A DNA stretch of 64,000 bases, from assembly GCA_965203805.1 (NCBI GenBank), contig OZ241917.1, forward strand, positions 3,936,001 through 4,000,000. The letters run 5' to 3'. A program made the position numbers and the translations under genes. A model generated the notes under the pieces. The model was not told where the DNA came from and made no database searches. It worked only from the letters and a program-made list of their open reading frames with translations. This document shows positions 51,031-60,664 of the stretch, one piece after another; the stretch's first letter is position 1, and each line of letters starts with the position of its first letter. This DNA is from Candidatus Latescibacterota bacterium (GTDB taxonomy: Bacteria; Latescibacterota; UBA2968; GCA-2709665).

Positions 51031-51162
51031 TTAAATGCCGAGGGTTGCGGCGATGATGGCCCAAAGTCCCGCGCAGGCAACGCTGACTGCAATTAGATGA
51101 TGGAGCGTACTGGCAGCTGTAAGATCAAATGCCGCCAGGCTTTGAGACAGTAAGTCTTGCAA
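51031..51162 (-). CDS. Small 43-aa membrane protein upstream of the ABC ATPase (not in ORF track)
   Basis: AAGGAGAG RBS and TTG start. MQDLLSQSLAAFDLTAASTLHHLIAVSVACAGLWAIIAATLGI*, with a C-terminal hydrophobic helix. Confidence 0.6.
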   Translation of the reverse strand: MQDLLSQSLAAFDLTAASTLHHLIAVSVACAGLWAIIAATLGI

Positions 51163-51217
51163 GTTCGTAATTCTCTCCTTCGGGTACGCCCGACCGGTGA
51201 TGGGTTTCAAAATGCCT

Positions 51218-51234
51218 GGCAGGTCTTCCGGCTC
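51218..51234 (-). ncRNA. Cobalamin riboswitch B12-box-like remnant
   Basis: The minus strand reads GAGCCGGAAGACCTGCC, matching the conserved 3' B12 box. The rest of the aptamer is not evident. Confidence 0.45.
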
Positions 51235-51259
51235 ACGGTTGACCTGGACTCGACCTCAA

Positions 51260-51288
51260 ATAATACTGCATTATCATTAAGAAGTCAA
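51260..51288 (-). promoter_or_regulatory. Sigma70-type promoter overlapped by a Fur/Zur-like box
   Basis: Minus strand TTGACT-17 bp-TATTAT. The overlapping CTTAATGATAATGCAGTATT matches the 44848 palindrome at 15/20 positions. Confidence 0.7.
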
Positions 51289-51602
51289 TTCATCCTGAGG
51301 AGGCCGCTTTGCCTGCCAGCGCATCATTGGCAGGCGGGCCGACGAAGGATCTACTGCGGCATGGGACCGTCCCCGCGCGAATTGCCGGTGTCGATACCTG
51401 AGAGGCGGCACGTCCGTCCATTCGTAGAACGGAAGTGACGGTTGATTCTTCGCTGCGCTCAGAAAGACCTGCTGGCGGCTAACTATTCGGGAAAAGCTTG
51501 CACTGGAAGAAAAAATCGCATAACATGCTGGATCGGAACGGGGTACGGCGAAGAACGGTAGTGCAAAGAACGCGACCTCCCGATCAGCATAAGGATGATG
51601 TT

Positions 51603-54600
51603 ATGGTACCAGTACTTGAATCTGCGCGCGTGAAATTTTGGCGTCCGGCCCTGTTTTCGGCCGTGATCATCGCCGCGTCCTGCCCCCTGGGGGGACTCGG
51701 CGCGGAAGTTCGTCAAACCGTGATATCGGCCTCCGGCAGGGGGCAAACCGCGTGGGCGGTCGGGCTGGAAACGGGTTCGTCCGCCATTACTGAGATCTGG
51801 GTCGAAACCCGTGGAAGCCAGCCTCGCCACCTCGGTACCTTTCCCGGCCCGCCAGGGCGACTGGAGTGGGTTGCGCACGGGGAACGTCTTCGCTTTCAGG
51901 AGACTGCCTTAAAGGTCCCCCTGCATACGCTTACCGTGCTCCCGAACAGGTCCTTGCCGCTGGTCGCATCGGGCGTCTGGGAGATCTCCGTTCTGGACGG
52001 ATCGATCGCGCGTTCGAAAACAGACTTCGAGGCGGAACCGGTAACGCCGCCGGTCGTGGCGACCCGAAACGCGCCGCGCCCGAGTCCGGCTGCCAAGGCC
52101 GTGCTGTGGGGCGTTGCGACGGCATTCAACGCCTCGGCCCTGGCCTACACCACCGTGCACCGCTGGGAATTCCGATCGGCGGTAAAGCGTTACCGGAAAG
52201 CCTCCCGGGCGTGGGCGGCCCTGCCTCCCAGATTTAAAAAGTACGGGCTCTACGAAGAGCCGGTGCTGTCCTACGCGGAGGCGCTGGCCGCAACCGCCAG
52301 GAAGGCCGGGGCAAGGCGCGGCGCCCGCTGGGTCTGCGAGGACCATCTGACCGTCATTGGCGACGCCCTCTCTGCATACGAGAAGGCTCATGAAGACCAG
52401 CGGCCGACCGACCTGGCGGCCCTAAAGGCGTGGATCGAAACCCATACGCTCACACCGGCGGACTCGACCGTTCTGAAGACGCTGTTTCGCTCGGCGAAAG
52501 ACCCTGAAAAAAGGCCGCCGGATCAGCTACACGCACGGATACCGCCCGGAAGCCGGGGACGGCGAAGCCGTTGTCACCAGTTTCTTCCACGACGGTTACC
52601 TGGTTGAAGCCGTCCGCAGCAGCACGGGATATCGCACCGTCGACCGGCGCGTGGGCAAGGCGCAGATCGACTCCCTCCTCTACCTCGGCACTGAACTCAC
52701 CCCGCATGAGCCGCTGCGGGCGATCTCCACCCTTGAAATCCTGGCCGGCGTGGCTCAGGATTACGCCCGCGGGCACAGCGGGCTCGGGTTCGCCTATCTG
52801 GAGGCGGAGAAGCTGGAGCGCGCCGTCAAATCCTTCGAACGCGCGATCGAATGCGACCACACGCTGGCCGAGGCCTACTTCGGCCTGGGTCTCACCTTCC
52901 GCAAATGGCCCAGGGGAAATTACGACGCCATCCGCTATTTCCAGAAAGCCCTCCAGTACGACCGGCACCACGTGGAAGCAAGGTTCAATATTGCCGATAT
53001 CCGGTACAAACTGGACGAACACGACGTACGGCGGGAAGTCAAAAAAGTACTGGCAATTGACCCCCGCTACGCGCCCGCCTATCTGCTGATGGGGAAATGG
53101 GTGGAGGAATTCGAGAAAAACTACGAGAAAGCCGCGCTCTACTATGCGAAGTATATGGGCTTGCGGCCCGGCGACCCGGAGGGGCGCAAGCGGCTGGGAT
53201 CAATCTACCTGAGAACGAAGGACTACGGCCGCATCCTGGAAGTCCTGGAGGATTACGCCATAGAGAATCCGGACGACGACCAGGTGCTGCCCATCCTGGC
53301 CCAGGCCTGCATGAAACTGGGGGCCTATGACAGGGCCGCCGCCTTCTTCAGAGACTTTCTCGAAGGGGCCGATGCGGCCGAGAAGGGGCACTACCACGAT
53401 ATCCGGCTGGTGGCGCCCAAGGAGACGCTGGCGGCCTTCGAACAGACGCCGCCGGAAGAACGATGGGACTTTGTGAGGAAGTTCTGGGCGGACCAGGACC
53501 CGGACCTGACCACGGCCGCCAACGAGCGCCTCCTGGAGCACTACCGGCGGGTGTCGTTCGCCATGCAGAATTTCTCCGAAGGCAGGCGGCCCTGGGACCA
53601 GCGCGGCGAAGTCTACATCCGCTTCGGTGAACCCGATCACCGCTCCACTTCCAAAGAGTTGAACTTCCAGCAATCCATGGCGGTTCAGCGGGTCAAGGAA
53701 CGCCTTTCCAGGACGCTCTACGGGGCTGCGCGCCCGCCGCGCCGTGGAATCGGCCTTCGCGGCGCCAGTTCAACGTTCGTCGGTCCGGTTTATCCCGTGC
53801 GCAGCCAGGGCGGCAGGGGTCCGGGGGGGTCCTACAGACCGGTCACGGCGACGTACGACGGCTCGATGGTCCCGTGGGAAACGTGGACGTACGTCGACGT
53901 GGGCAGCGGCATCGAGATTACCTTCACCGACGAGTTCAGCAACGGAAACTACAACTATGCGCCTGAACCGCTGGATGCCGGGATTCCCGCCCGCCGGCTG
54001 GCCATGTTTACCCGCTACAGCCCCCGCAATATCTACCGCATGGCCGCCGCGGCGCAGCCGAACTACTTCGTGCGGCCGAAAAACACGCTACCGATGGAAT
54101 TCTATTTCAACTCGGCTGACTTCAGGAGTGAAACGGATTTCCGGACCGCGCTGGAAGTCTACGTGGGGATACCGCGGCACCAGGGGCACTATATGATCGA
54201 TGACGACCGGACGGAAATATTGGTCGACCGGACCGTGGCGCTGCGAAATCCGGCAACCGGAGCGGTCTACCGCAGCGAGGACAAGGTACAATTCGCGGCC
54301 GAGGGGGACGTGACCGCGGAACGCAGCGCGTTCGTGCCGGACCTCGCGCGGCTGGACGTGCCCCCCGGGCGTTACAGGATGGAAGTGAAGATAAAGGATA
54401 ATCTGTCCGTTCAGCACGGGCGGTACCGTCAGGACATTGAAATCGAGTCCTATGAACGGCACAGCCTCCAGGTGAGCGACCTGGAACTGGCGTGGCGGAT
54501 ATCCAACCGCAAGGACGAGGATAAATTCAACAAAGGCACACTGTGGGTCATTCCGATGCCGACGCGGACCTACAGGGTAGGACAGAATGTATTCGTCTAC

Positions 54601-54909
54601 TACGAAATCTATAACCTGACGAAGGACGATTTCGGGCAGACGAACTACCAGGTATCCTATACCGTCACGAAGAAGGGCGGCTTCAGCCCCCTGGGTATCA
54701 TTAGCAGCCTTATAAGGTGGAAGAAGGGCAAGCGTGAAGAGCTGGAAGTGACGTACGAGATGGTGGGCGAGGATAACATGGAAGTCGAATACGTGGAACT
54801 CGAGCTGGAGAACCGCCCTGCGGGCAAGTATTTCCTGAACGTCACCGTCATCGATATGAATAGCGGTGAGTTGGCCCAGAAGCAGGCCAGTTTCATCCTC
54901 GCGCAGTAG
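51603..54909 (+). pseudogene. Long-class TPR + GWxTD-type gene with a frameshift in an A6 run (52507-52512)
   Basis: ORFs 51498..52607 and 52651..54909 fuse if one A is removed, giving DPEKGRRISYTHGYRPEA versus the paralog DPEEDRLISYTHGYRREA. PWDQRGEVYIRFGEPD present. Could be a sequencing error. Confidence 0.75.
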
Positions 54910-54990
54910 GATCAGGATTAGAGACCGAAAACAGGATCAGGATTTGCAGGATTAGAGGATTAAGCAGGATTAGAGAACAAAATCAGGATC
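54908..54990 (+). repeat. Degenerate (C)AGGATT short-repeat cluster
   Basis: About 8 AGGAT(T/C) units directly after the stop codon. Confidence 0.6.
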
Positions 54991-55184
54991 GAAATCGAGC
55001 AGGAAAAGGCCAGGAGCAGGGCCGATGCTCACGATTCCGGTCCATAGAGATAAATCCGAATCCCTGCAGACCTCGCGTCGTCACTCCGGCTATTCAGATT
55101 CCGTGTTTCATTAACCTCAATTCGAAAAAAGAAACACGTTTTACGTTCGTGATCCGATTTGCCGACGCTTCGGGAGATTTCGTG

Positions 55185-58100
55185 ATGCATTGGATGAAGA
55201 TCCTACTCATAGGCGCGGGTGGCGCCCTGATCATGCCGGGAGAAGCCGCGTCGGCGTCTGGCGGGGTCCCCACCGCGAGTACGGCGGATGGCGGGCACGT
55301 CGCCTATGCTGTCCGGCGGGGCGACGGGTCGATTTCGATATCGGAAATATGGGTTGCCTCGCAACAGGACAACGGAGCCAGGAAGATCGCGGCCTATCCC
55401 GGAGAACCCGGCGGTCTCTGTTTCCATCCGGACGGAAGCGCGCTGATCTATCTCGAGCGAAGCCTGCGGCGGGAAGCGTGGGGGTCGTACTTCTACGGCG
55501 GGCAGTCGCTTCCGATAACGAGAAACAGAATCCGGAAGTTGAGTCTGGACGGCGCGAGACAGGAAACGTGGCCGCTCCCGGGCGACTTTCAACCCCTCGA
55601 ATTCGCGCCTTCTCCCGATGGACGGTCGTTGGCGATTGTCGGGTATCGGGGGAATCCGTTCGAGCGTACCGGCCACGGGCTTTGGGTCGCGGACGATCAC
55701 GGCGGCGTCAGGCCCCTGTTCGAGGGAAACGCCGCGGGCCCGTTGAACTGGTCGCCTGACGGGACGGCGGTATTTTTCCGCATGGCGGATGGCTCGGGAT
55801 CGATCCGTGTTGACATCGCCAGCGGAGAGAACTTTCGATCTGATCCGCCCAACCATATACCAAAAAGAGGTTATCCGGATCGCGAGGCCGTTTTCCGGCC
55901 GAATCCGGGTGCGGTTCCGGGTGGGGACGACGCGATCGATTCCGCCCTGGGGGTGATCGGCACCGGACTGGACCTGTTTATTCGCGGCAGAAATGCGCTC
56001 CACAGAGGAAACGAAGCCAGCGCGGAAAAACGGTTCCAGCAGGCCAGGAGTGCATTCAAGAAGCTCTTTGATCGGGCGCCGAAGTACGGGATGTCCAGGA
56101 AGGGCTGGGCAAGGTATATCGAAGTCTGCGAAGACTGGATCGATGCAGACAGCAACACGGCGCACAGACGCAACTGCCAGGAGCGCCTGGCGGGGATGCT
56201 CCGGTTGATGGTGGCGTTCGAGCGCGACCGGAACGGGGACGAACCGGAGGACCTTGCCGAATTGCATCAGTGGGCGACGCGGAAAATCGTTGCAGAGTCG
56301 CCGGCCGGAAAGGAACGGGATGACAGGAAGGCGATCCTTGGCGTGCTGTTCTCCTGTCCGTCAAACCGGAACTATACATTTCTCAGCGATTACCTGTATA
56401 AGCATCAAGGGTTGCCCGGCGCGCCGGCCCTGGCCTGTTTCTGGCACCGCGGCGAACAGGTCGCCGGCATGGCCGGACGCGATGGCGTTCACACGGAGAT
56501 TTCACGCATACCCGAAACACGGGTCGACAGCCTGGCATCCAGCGGGCGCCGCGCCATGGCCGCGAATGAGCTGGACCGGGCGCGCCTGATCTACCGGAAC
56601 GTCGCGCGTCAACGGCCGAGAGAACCGGACGCATATGTCCACCTGGGTCACATTCTCCTTGACTTGAAACGATTCGAGGAATCGAAAGACGCGTTTCACC
56701 GCGCCATGACCCTGGGTAGCAAAGCGCTTGCCCACCACGGCCTGGGAATGCTCTACGCCACGTGGCCGATGCAGCGCCATTTCGCGATTCACCACTTTAC
56801 AGAGGCGCTGGTCAGGGACCGGGACTTTGTGGACGCGCGATTTCGGATGGCCAAAGTCCGTTATGAGATGAAACAGCGTGACGCGGAGCTGGAGCTGAAA
56901 CGGGTCTTGAAGATGGACCCCGGCCACGCGGACGCTTATCTGATGATTGCAGACTACTATCTGAATCTGTCGTGGGAATTCGAAAAGGCCGTTGTCTGGT
57001 ATACGAAGTACCTCGCGCTTCGTCCGGAAGACGCCGACGCGCAGCGAAGGCTGGGGGTTGCATACCTGAAGGTCAGAGAGTATTCGAAGATTATGGACCA
57101 CCTGCTGGACTTCGTGAGAAAGTACCCCGAAGCCATCGAGTTGATGCCCATTGTCGCCGTTTCCGCCATGGAACAGGAAGAGCCGGCAATGGCAATGGCG
57201 TTCTTCGAAGACTACATTGACAAACTTGCGCCGGATGAAAGACGATTGTACGAAGATATATCGCTGGTTGCCTCCGGCGAGGAACTCAGGACGTGCAACG
57301 AGGCACTGGGCGCCCACCGTGAGACCTGTCTGCAGCGATTCTGGAATGGAAAGGACCCGGACCTGTCCACGGCCGTGAACGAGCGGCTGCTGGAACACTA
57401 CCGAAGGGTCTGGCACGCGCTGACGGAATTCTCGGAAGGCAGGCGCCCGTGGGACGCCAGGGGTGACGTCTACGTCCGATTCGGAGAACCCGATCACCGG
57501 TCCAGGTCGGACGAACCCAACTTCAAGCAGAGCCTGAAAGTACAGCGGGTCAAGGAGCGGCTCGCGTTCAATATCTACAAAGGCGATGTCCGCGCGCACA
57601 CGTTCGTCGGCCCTGTATATCCCGTTCGCAGCCTCAAACAGTTGGATGGCGCCTGGTATGAACTGAAAGAATTCACAATCGAGAACGCAGATCCATCGGC
57701 GTGTGAGATTGCCGGCATGACGAACGAAGGTACGGAGGCGGCCGACGCCGACCTTAATCAAGATGGAGGAAGCGAGTCTTTTTTCGTCAATGACGATTCC
57801 TTGAAGATCGGTATCCTGCCCCTTGACGAAAGCCTGGGATTCGGCGACTATCACCCGGTTACGACCGACGAAGATCGCAGCACCGTGCCCTGGGAGACCT
57901 GGATCTATACCGACGCCGGCGGCGGCATTGAAATCACTTTTACCGACGAAATTGGTTCCGGCGCGTACGATTACGCGCCCATGCCGCCGAACCAGGGAGA
58001 TATATCCATAGGCGAAACCGCTGCGCTGAGCAGGCACGCGCCCCATTCGGTCTACAGGCGTGCGGCTCGGGCCACACCCGATTTCTATGCACCGAAACAT

Positions 58101-58922
58101 GAGACGCCGCCCCTCGATTTCCACTACTCGCTGGCCGACTTCAAGGGCGAGGACGATAACAGCCTTCTCGAAATCTACTACGGCGTCCCCGTCGTCCCGG
58201 CGCATTACGTTGCGGCGGAGGATGTCACTCGGCAGGTCCTGACGCACCATGCGGCGCTCATTTCGTCGTCGCAGGATACCGTGTACAGGGAGACGGATGA
58301 AATGACCTACGAAGCCGCCGGAAACCGGGCCGAAGAAGGCCTGCTGGTACCGGACGTCCTGAAGGTGGACCTGCCGCCCGGCGCCTATCGTCTGGAGGTG
58401 AAGTCTCAGGACCGCCTGAGAGGAAAAATGGGCATCTATCAGCAGCAGGTTGTCGTGGAACCATATGGCGAAGATCGCCTTCAGATCAGCGACCTGGAGC
58501 TGGCCTGGCGGGTTGGCGCGGAAGATGCGGAGAGCAAGTTTACGAAGGGATCCCTGAACGTTGTCCCAATGCCGTCCCGAACGTACCGGAAGGGGCAGAG
58601 CGTGTTCGTCTACTACGAGATCTACAACCTGGAGAAAGACGAATTCGGACAGACCGGCTACAACGTCTCCTACACCTTTGCGTCGAAAGACACACCCGGG
58701 CAGGCGGGAAACATCTCACGCCTGTTCCGTTGGGGAACCGGCAAACGCGAGGAACTGGCGGTCACGTACGAACAGCAGGGTGAGGCCGCCCGCGAGAACG
58801 AATACGTCGAACTCGCACTGGATGAACAGGTCCCGGGGCGATATTCGCTGAAAGTGTCGATTAACGACAAGAACAGCGGCGAATCGGCGGAGAAAGAGGC
58901 GACGTTCGTCATCTCGCGATAG
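55185..58922 (+). CDS. Long-class TPR + GWxTD-type protein, close paralog of the 890 gene
   Basis: Part of ORF 55149..58922. Long near-identical peptide blocks with 890..4636. PWDARGDVYVRFGEPD. Confidence 0.88.
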   Translation: MHWMKILLIGAGGALIMPGEAASASGGVPTASTADGGHVAYAVRRGDGSISISEIWVASQQDNGARKIAAYPGEPGGLCFHPDGSALIYLERSLRREAWGSYFYGGQSLPITRNRIRKLSLDGARQETWPLPGDFQPLEFAPSPDGRSLAIVGYRGNPFERTGHGLWVADDHGGVRPLFEGNAAGPLNWSPDGTAVFFRMADGSGSIRVDIASGENFRSDPPNHIPKRGYPDREAVFRPNPGAVPGGDDAIDSALGVIGTGLDLFIRGRNALHRGNEASAEKRFQQARSAFKKLFDRAPKYGMSRKGWARYIEVCEDWIDADSNTAHRRNCQERLAGMLRLMVAFERDRNGDEPEDLAELHQWATRKIVAESPAGKERDDRKAILGVLFSCPSNRNYTFLSDYLYKHQGLPGAPALACFWHRGEQVAGMAGRDGVHTEISRIPETRVDSLASSGRRAMAANELDRARLIYRNVARQRPREPDAYVHLGHILLDLKRFEESKDAFHRAMTLGSKALAHHGLGMLYATWPMQRHFAIHHFTEALVRDRDFVDARFRMAKVRYEMKQRDAELELKRVLKMDPGHADAYLMIADYYLNLSWEFEKAVVWYTKYLALRPEDADAQRRLGVAYLKVREYSKIMDHLLDFVRKYPEAIELMPIVAVSAMEQEEPAMAMAFFEDYIDKLAPDERRLYEDISLVASGEELRTCNEALGAHRETCLQRFWNGKDPDLSTAVNERLLEHYRRVWHALTEFSEGRRPWDARGDVYVRFGEPDHRSRSDEPNFKQSLKVQRVKERLAFNIYKGDVRAHTFVGPVYPVRSLKQLDGAWYELKEFTIENADPSACEIAGMTNEGTEAADADLNQDGGSESFFVNDDSLKIGILPLDESLGFGDYHPVTTDEDRSTVPWETWIYTDAGGGIEITFTDEIGSGAYDYAPMPPNQGDISIGETAALSRHAPHSVYRRAARATPDFYAPKHETPPLDFHYSLADFKGEDDNSLLEIYYGVPVVPAHYVAAEDVTRQVLTHHAALISSSQDTVYRETDEMTYEAAGNRAEEGLLVPDVLKVDLPPGAYRLEVKSQDRLRGKMGIYQQQVVVEPYGEDRLQISDLELAWRVGAEDAESKFTKGSLNVVPMPSRTYRKGQSVFVYYEIYNLEKDEFGQTGYNVSYTFASKDTPGQAGNISRLFRWGTGKREELAVTYEQQGEAARENEYVELALDEQVPGRYSLKVSINDKNSGESAEKEATFVISR

Positions 58923-58950
58923 GTTCCGCGAAGCGAGGGAAGGACACCGA

Positions 58951-60033
58951 ATGTCCGGAAAAACGGGTTCCGCGCTGCTTGTTATCTCGTTCTTTATGGG
59001 CTGCGGCAATCCCGTGCCCACGTCTCCGGAAGCGACGAGCGATCTGCAGGGCTTTGACGTCGCCGGAAGAATGACGGAGCGGCGCTTCTGGCACGCGGCG
59101 GTCCTGTTGCAGGACGGCAAGGTACTCATCACGGGCGGCGCCGCAACGGACAGTCCGGGTAATGTCCCTTCGTCGCTGTTTCGCGCCAGCACGGAAGTTT
59201 TCGATCCTGTGACGGGAACTTCGAGCAGAAGGGGCGACATGTCCCGGGCTCGCGCACTCGACATGGGAATGCTGCTGCCGGACGGCCGTGTCCTGATCGC
59301 AGGCGCTGCTCAGGCCCCTCCGGAAATCTACGATCCGCAAACCGGTCGAGTCACACCCGAGCCGTATGAACCCGCCTTCGCGATCATCTCGTCGATGACG
59401 TTGCTCGCCAATGGTAAGATCCTCACCTATTACTCGCTGGGCGTCGCCACATTCGATCCCGCCACCGGGGGGTTCGCGGCGCTACCGGGTACGGTCCGCA
59501 TTCGAAGGGGCCACACGGCGACCCGGTTGCCGGACGGGCGCGTACTCATCGCCGGCGGCAGCAATGCCTCGGGTATGGTGAAGGAGTCCGAAATCTACGA
59601 CCCTTTGTCCAATACGCTTACGCGCACAGGCGACTTGAGATACGAACGTCGAGAACACAGAGCGATTCTTCTGGGGGACGGCAGCGTGTTGGTCATTGGC
59701 GGGACCACCGACGACGAGGGATCTGAAGTGTCGGTTACGGCCGCCGAGCGGTACGATCCTGCAACGGGGATGTTTTCATCGGAAGGGGATCCGGGACTCG
59801 AGCTGATTCACGCGGCCGCGTTACTGCGATCGGGCGACGTGTTTATCATTGGAGAAAGCGGCGAGGTCATTCTCTACGATCCCGCTACCGGCGCGTTCGG
59901 CCCGACCGGAGACAGCATCGGCGAGAATCGCGCGTTTTACACGACAACGCTGCTTCCCGACGGCCGCGTGCTGATTGCCGGCGGATTGAAGGACTTCGAG
60001 GCCACGGATCAGGTTCTGATTTACAGACCCTAG
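58951..60033 (+). CDS. Kelch-repeat beta-propeller lipoprotein
   Basis: Lipobox FFMGC and DGKVLITGG / DGRVLIAGG repeats. Confidence 0.85.
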   Translation: MSGKTGSALLVISFFMGCGNPVPTSPEATSDLQGFDVAGRMTERRFWHAAVLLQDGKVLITGGAATDSPGNVPSSLFRASTEVFDPVTGTSSRRGDMSRARALDMGMLLPDGRVLIAGAAQAPPEIYDPQTGRVTPEPYEPAFAIISSMTLLANGKILTYYSLGVATFDPATGGFAALPGTVRIRRGHTATRLPDGRVLIAGGSNASGMVKESEIYDPLSNTLTRTGDLRYERREHRAILLGDGSVLVIGGTTDDEGSEVSVTAAERYDPATGMFSSEGDPGLELIHAAALLRSGDVFIIGESGEVILYDPATGAFGPTGDSIGENRAFYTTTLLPDGRVLIAGGLKDFEATDQVLIYRP

Positions 60034-60664
60034 CGTCGAAAACCGGTGAGACGCAAGACGGTAGATGACATCCTCGCCCGATTGGCTCTACCCTTATGCC
60101 TCCGGCGCAAATTGAAGCCGGACGCGGCGGACAATCTCTCCCCTCTTACATCTCCCCGTTCTTCAGGCACTCATCTCCCGTCTCCCCTCTACCCTCTCAC
60201 CGCTTTTGAGGGGCCGGGGGGAGAGGTCTGCGCCCCCTCTGGTAATGCCACATCCAGGCGCTGAAGTCGACAGACTCGGTTATCGGTTAAAGCTGAAGGC
60301 CGATTGCGAACGGCAGTCCTCATCACTAAGGTGTCAATCGGTCTCACAAATGATATCCTGACCGGAGGACTCCCAGAGCAGAGCGCGCGGTTCCGTCCAG
60401 CTACTCAGATCGATTTTCTACTGTGGCTGTCAGGGCAGAAAAGTGTGTGTATCCTGTGAGTGGATTCGCGCTGTGCCTGTGGCAGGCCCCGCGCCCAGCG
60501 GCGACTTTTGGTTCCTTTTGGTCGCTTCAAAAGGAACCCGCCGGAGGCAGGGAATTTGGGGAAAAGGGGATTTTGAATCTGATTCTGGATTTTTGATTCA
60601 AGCCAAATGCTGACGTGAACGGATTGGGTTCTTGATTCGAGCTCGCTGTCCCCAGAGTTGATCG

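Noticed and set aside
52506-52514. dnaX-type A_AAA_AAG programmed -1 frameshift
   Set aside because: The codon phase is GAA AAA AGG, and restoring the gene needs a +1 shift, not -1.
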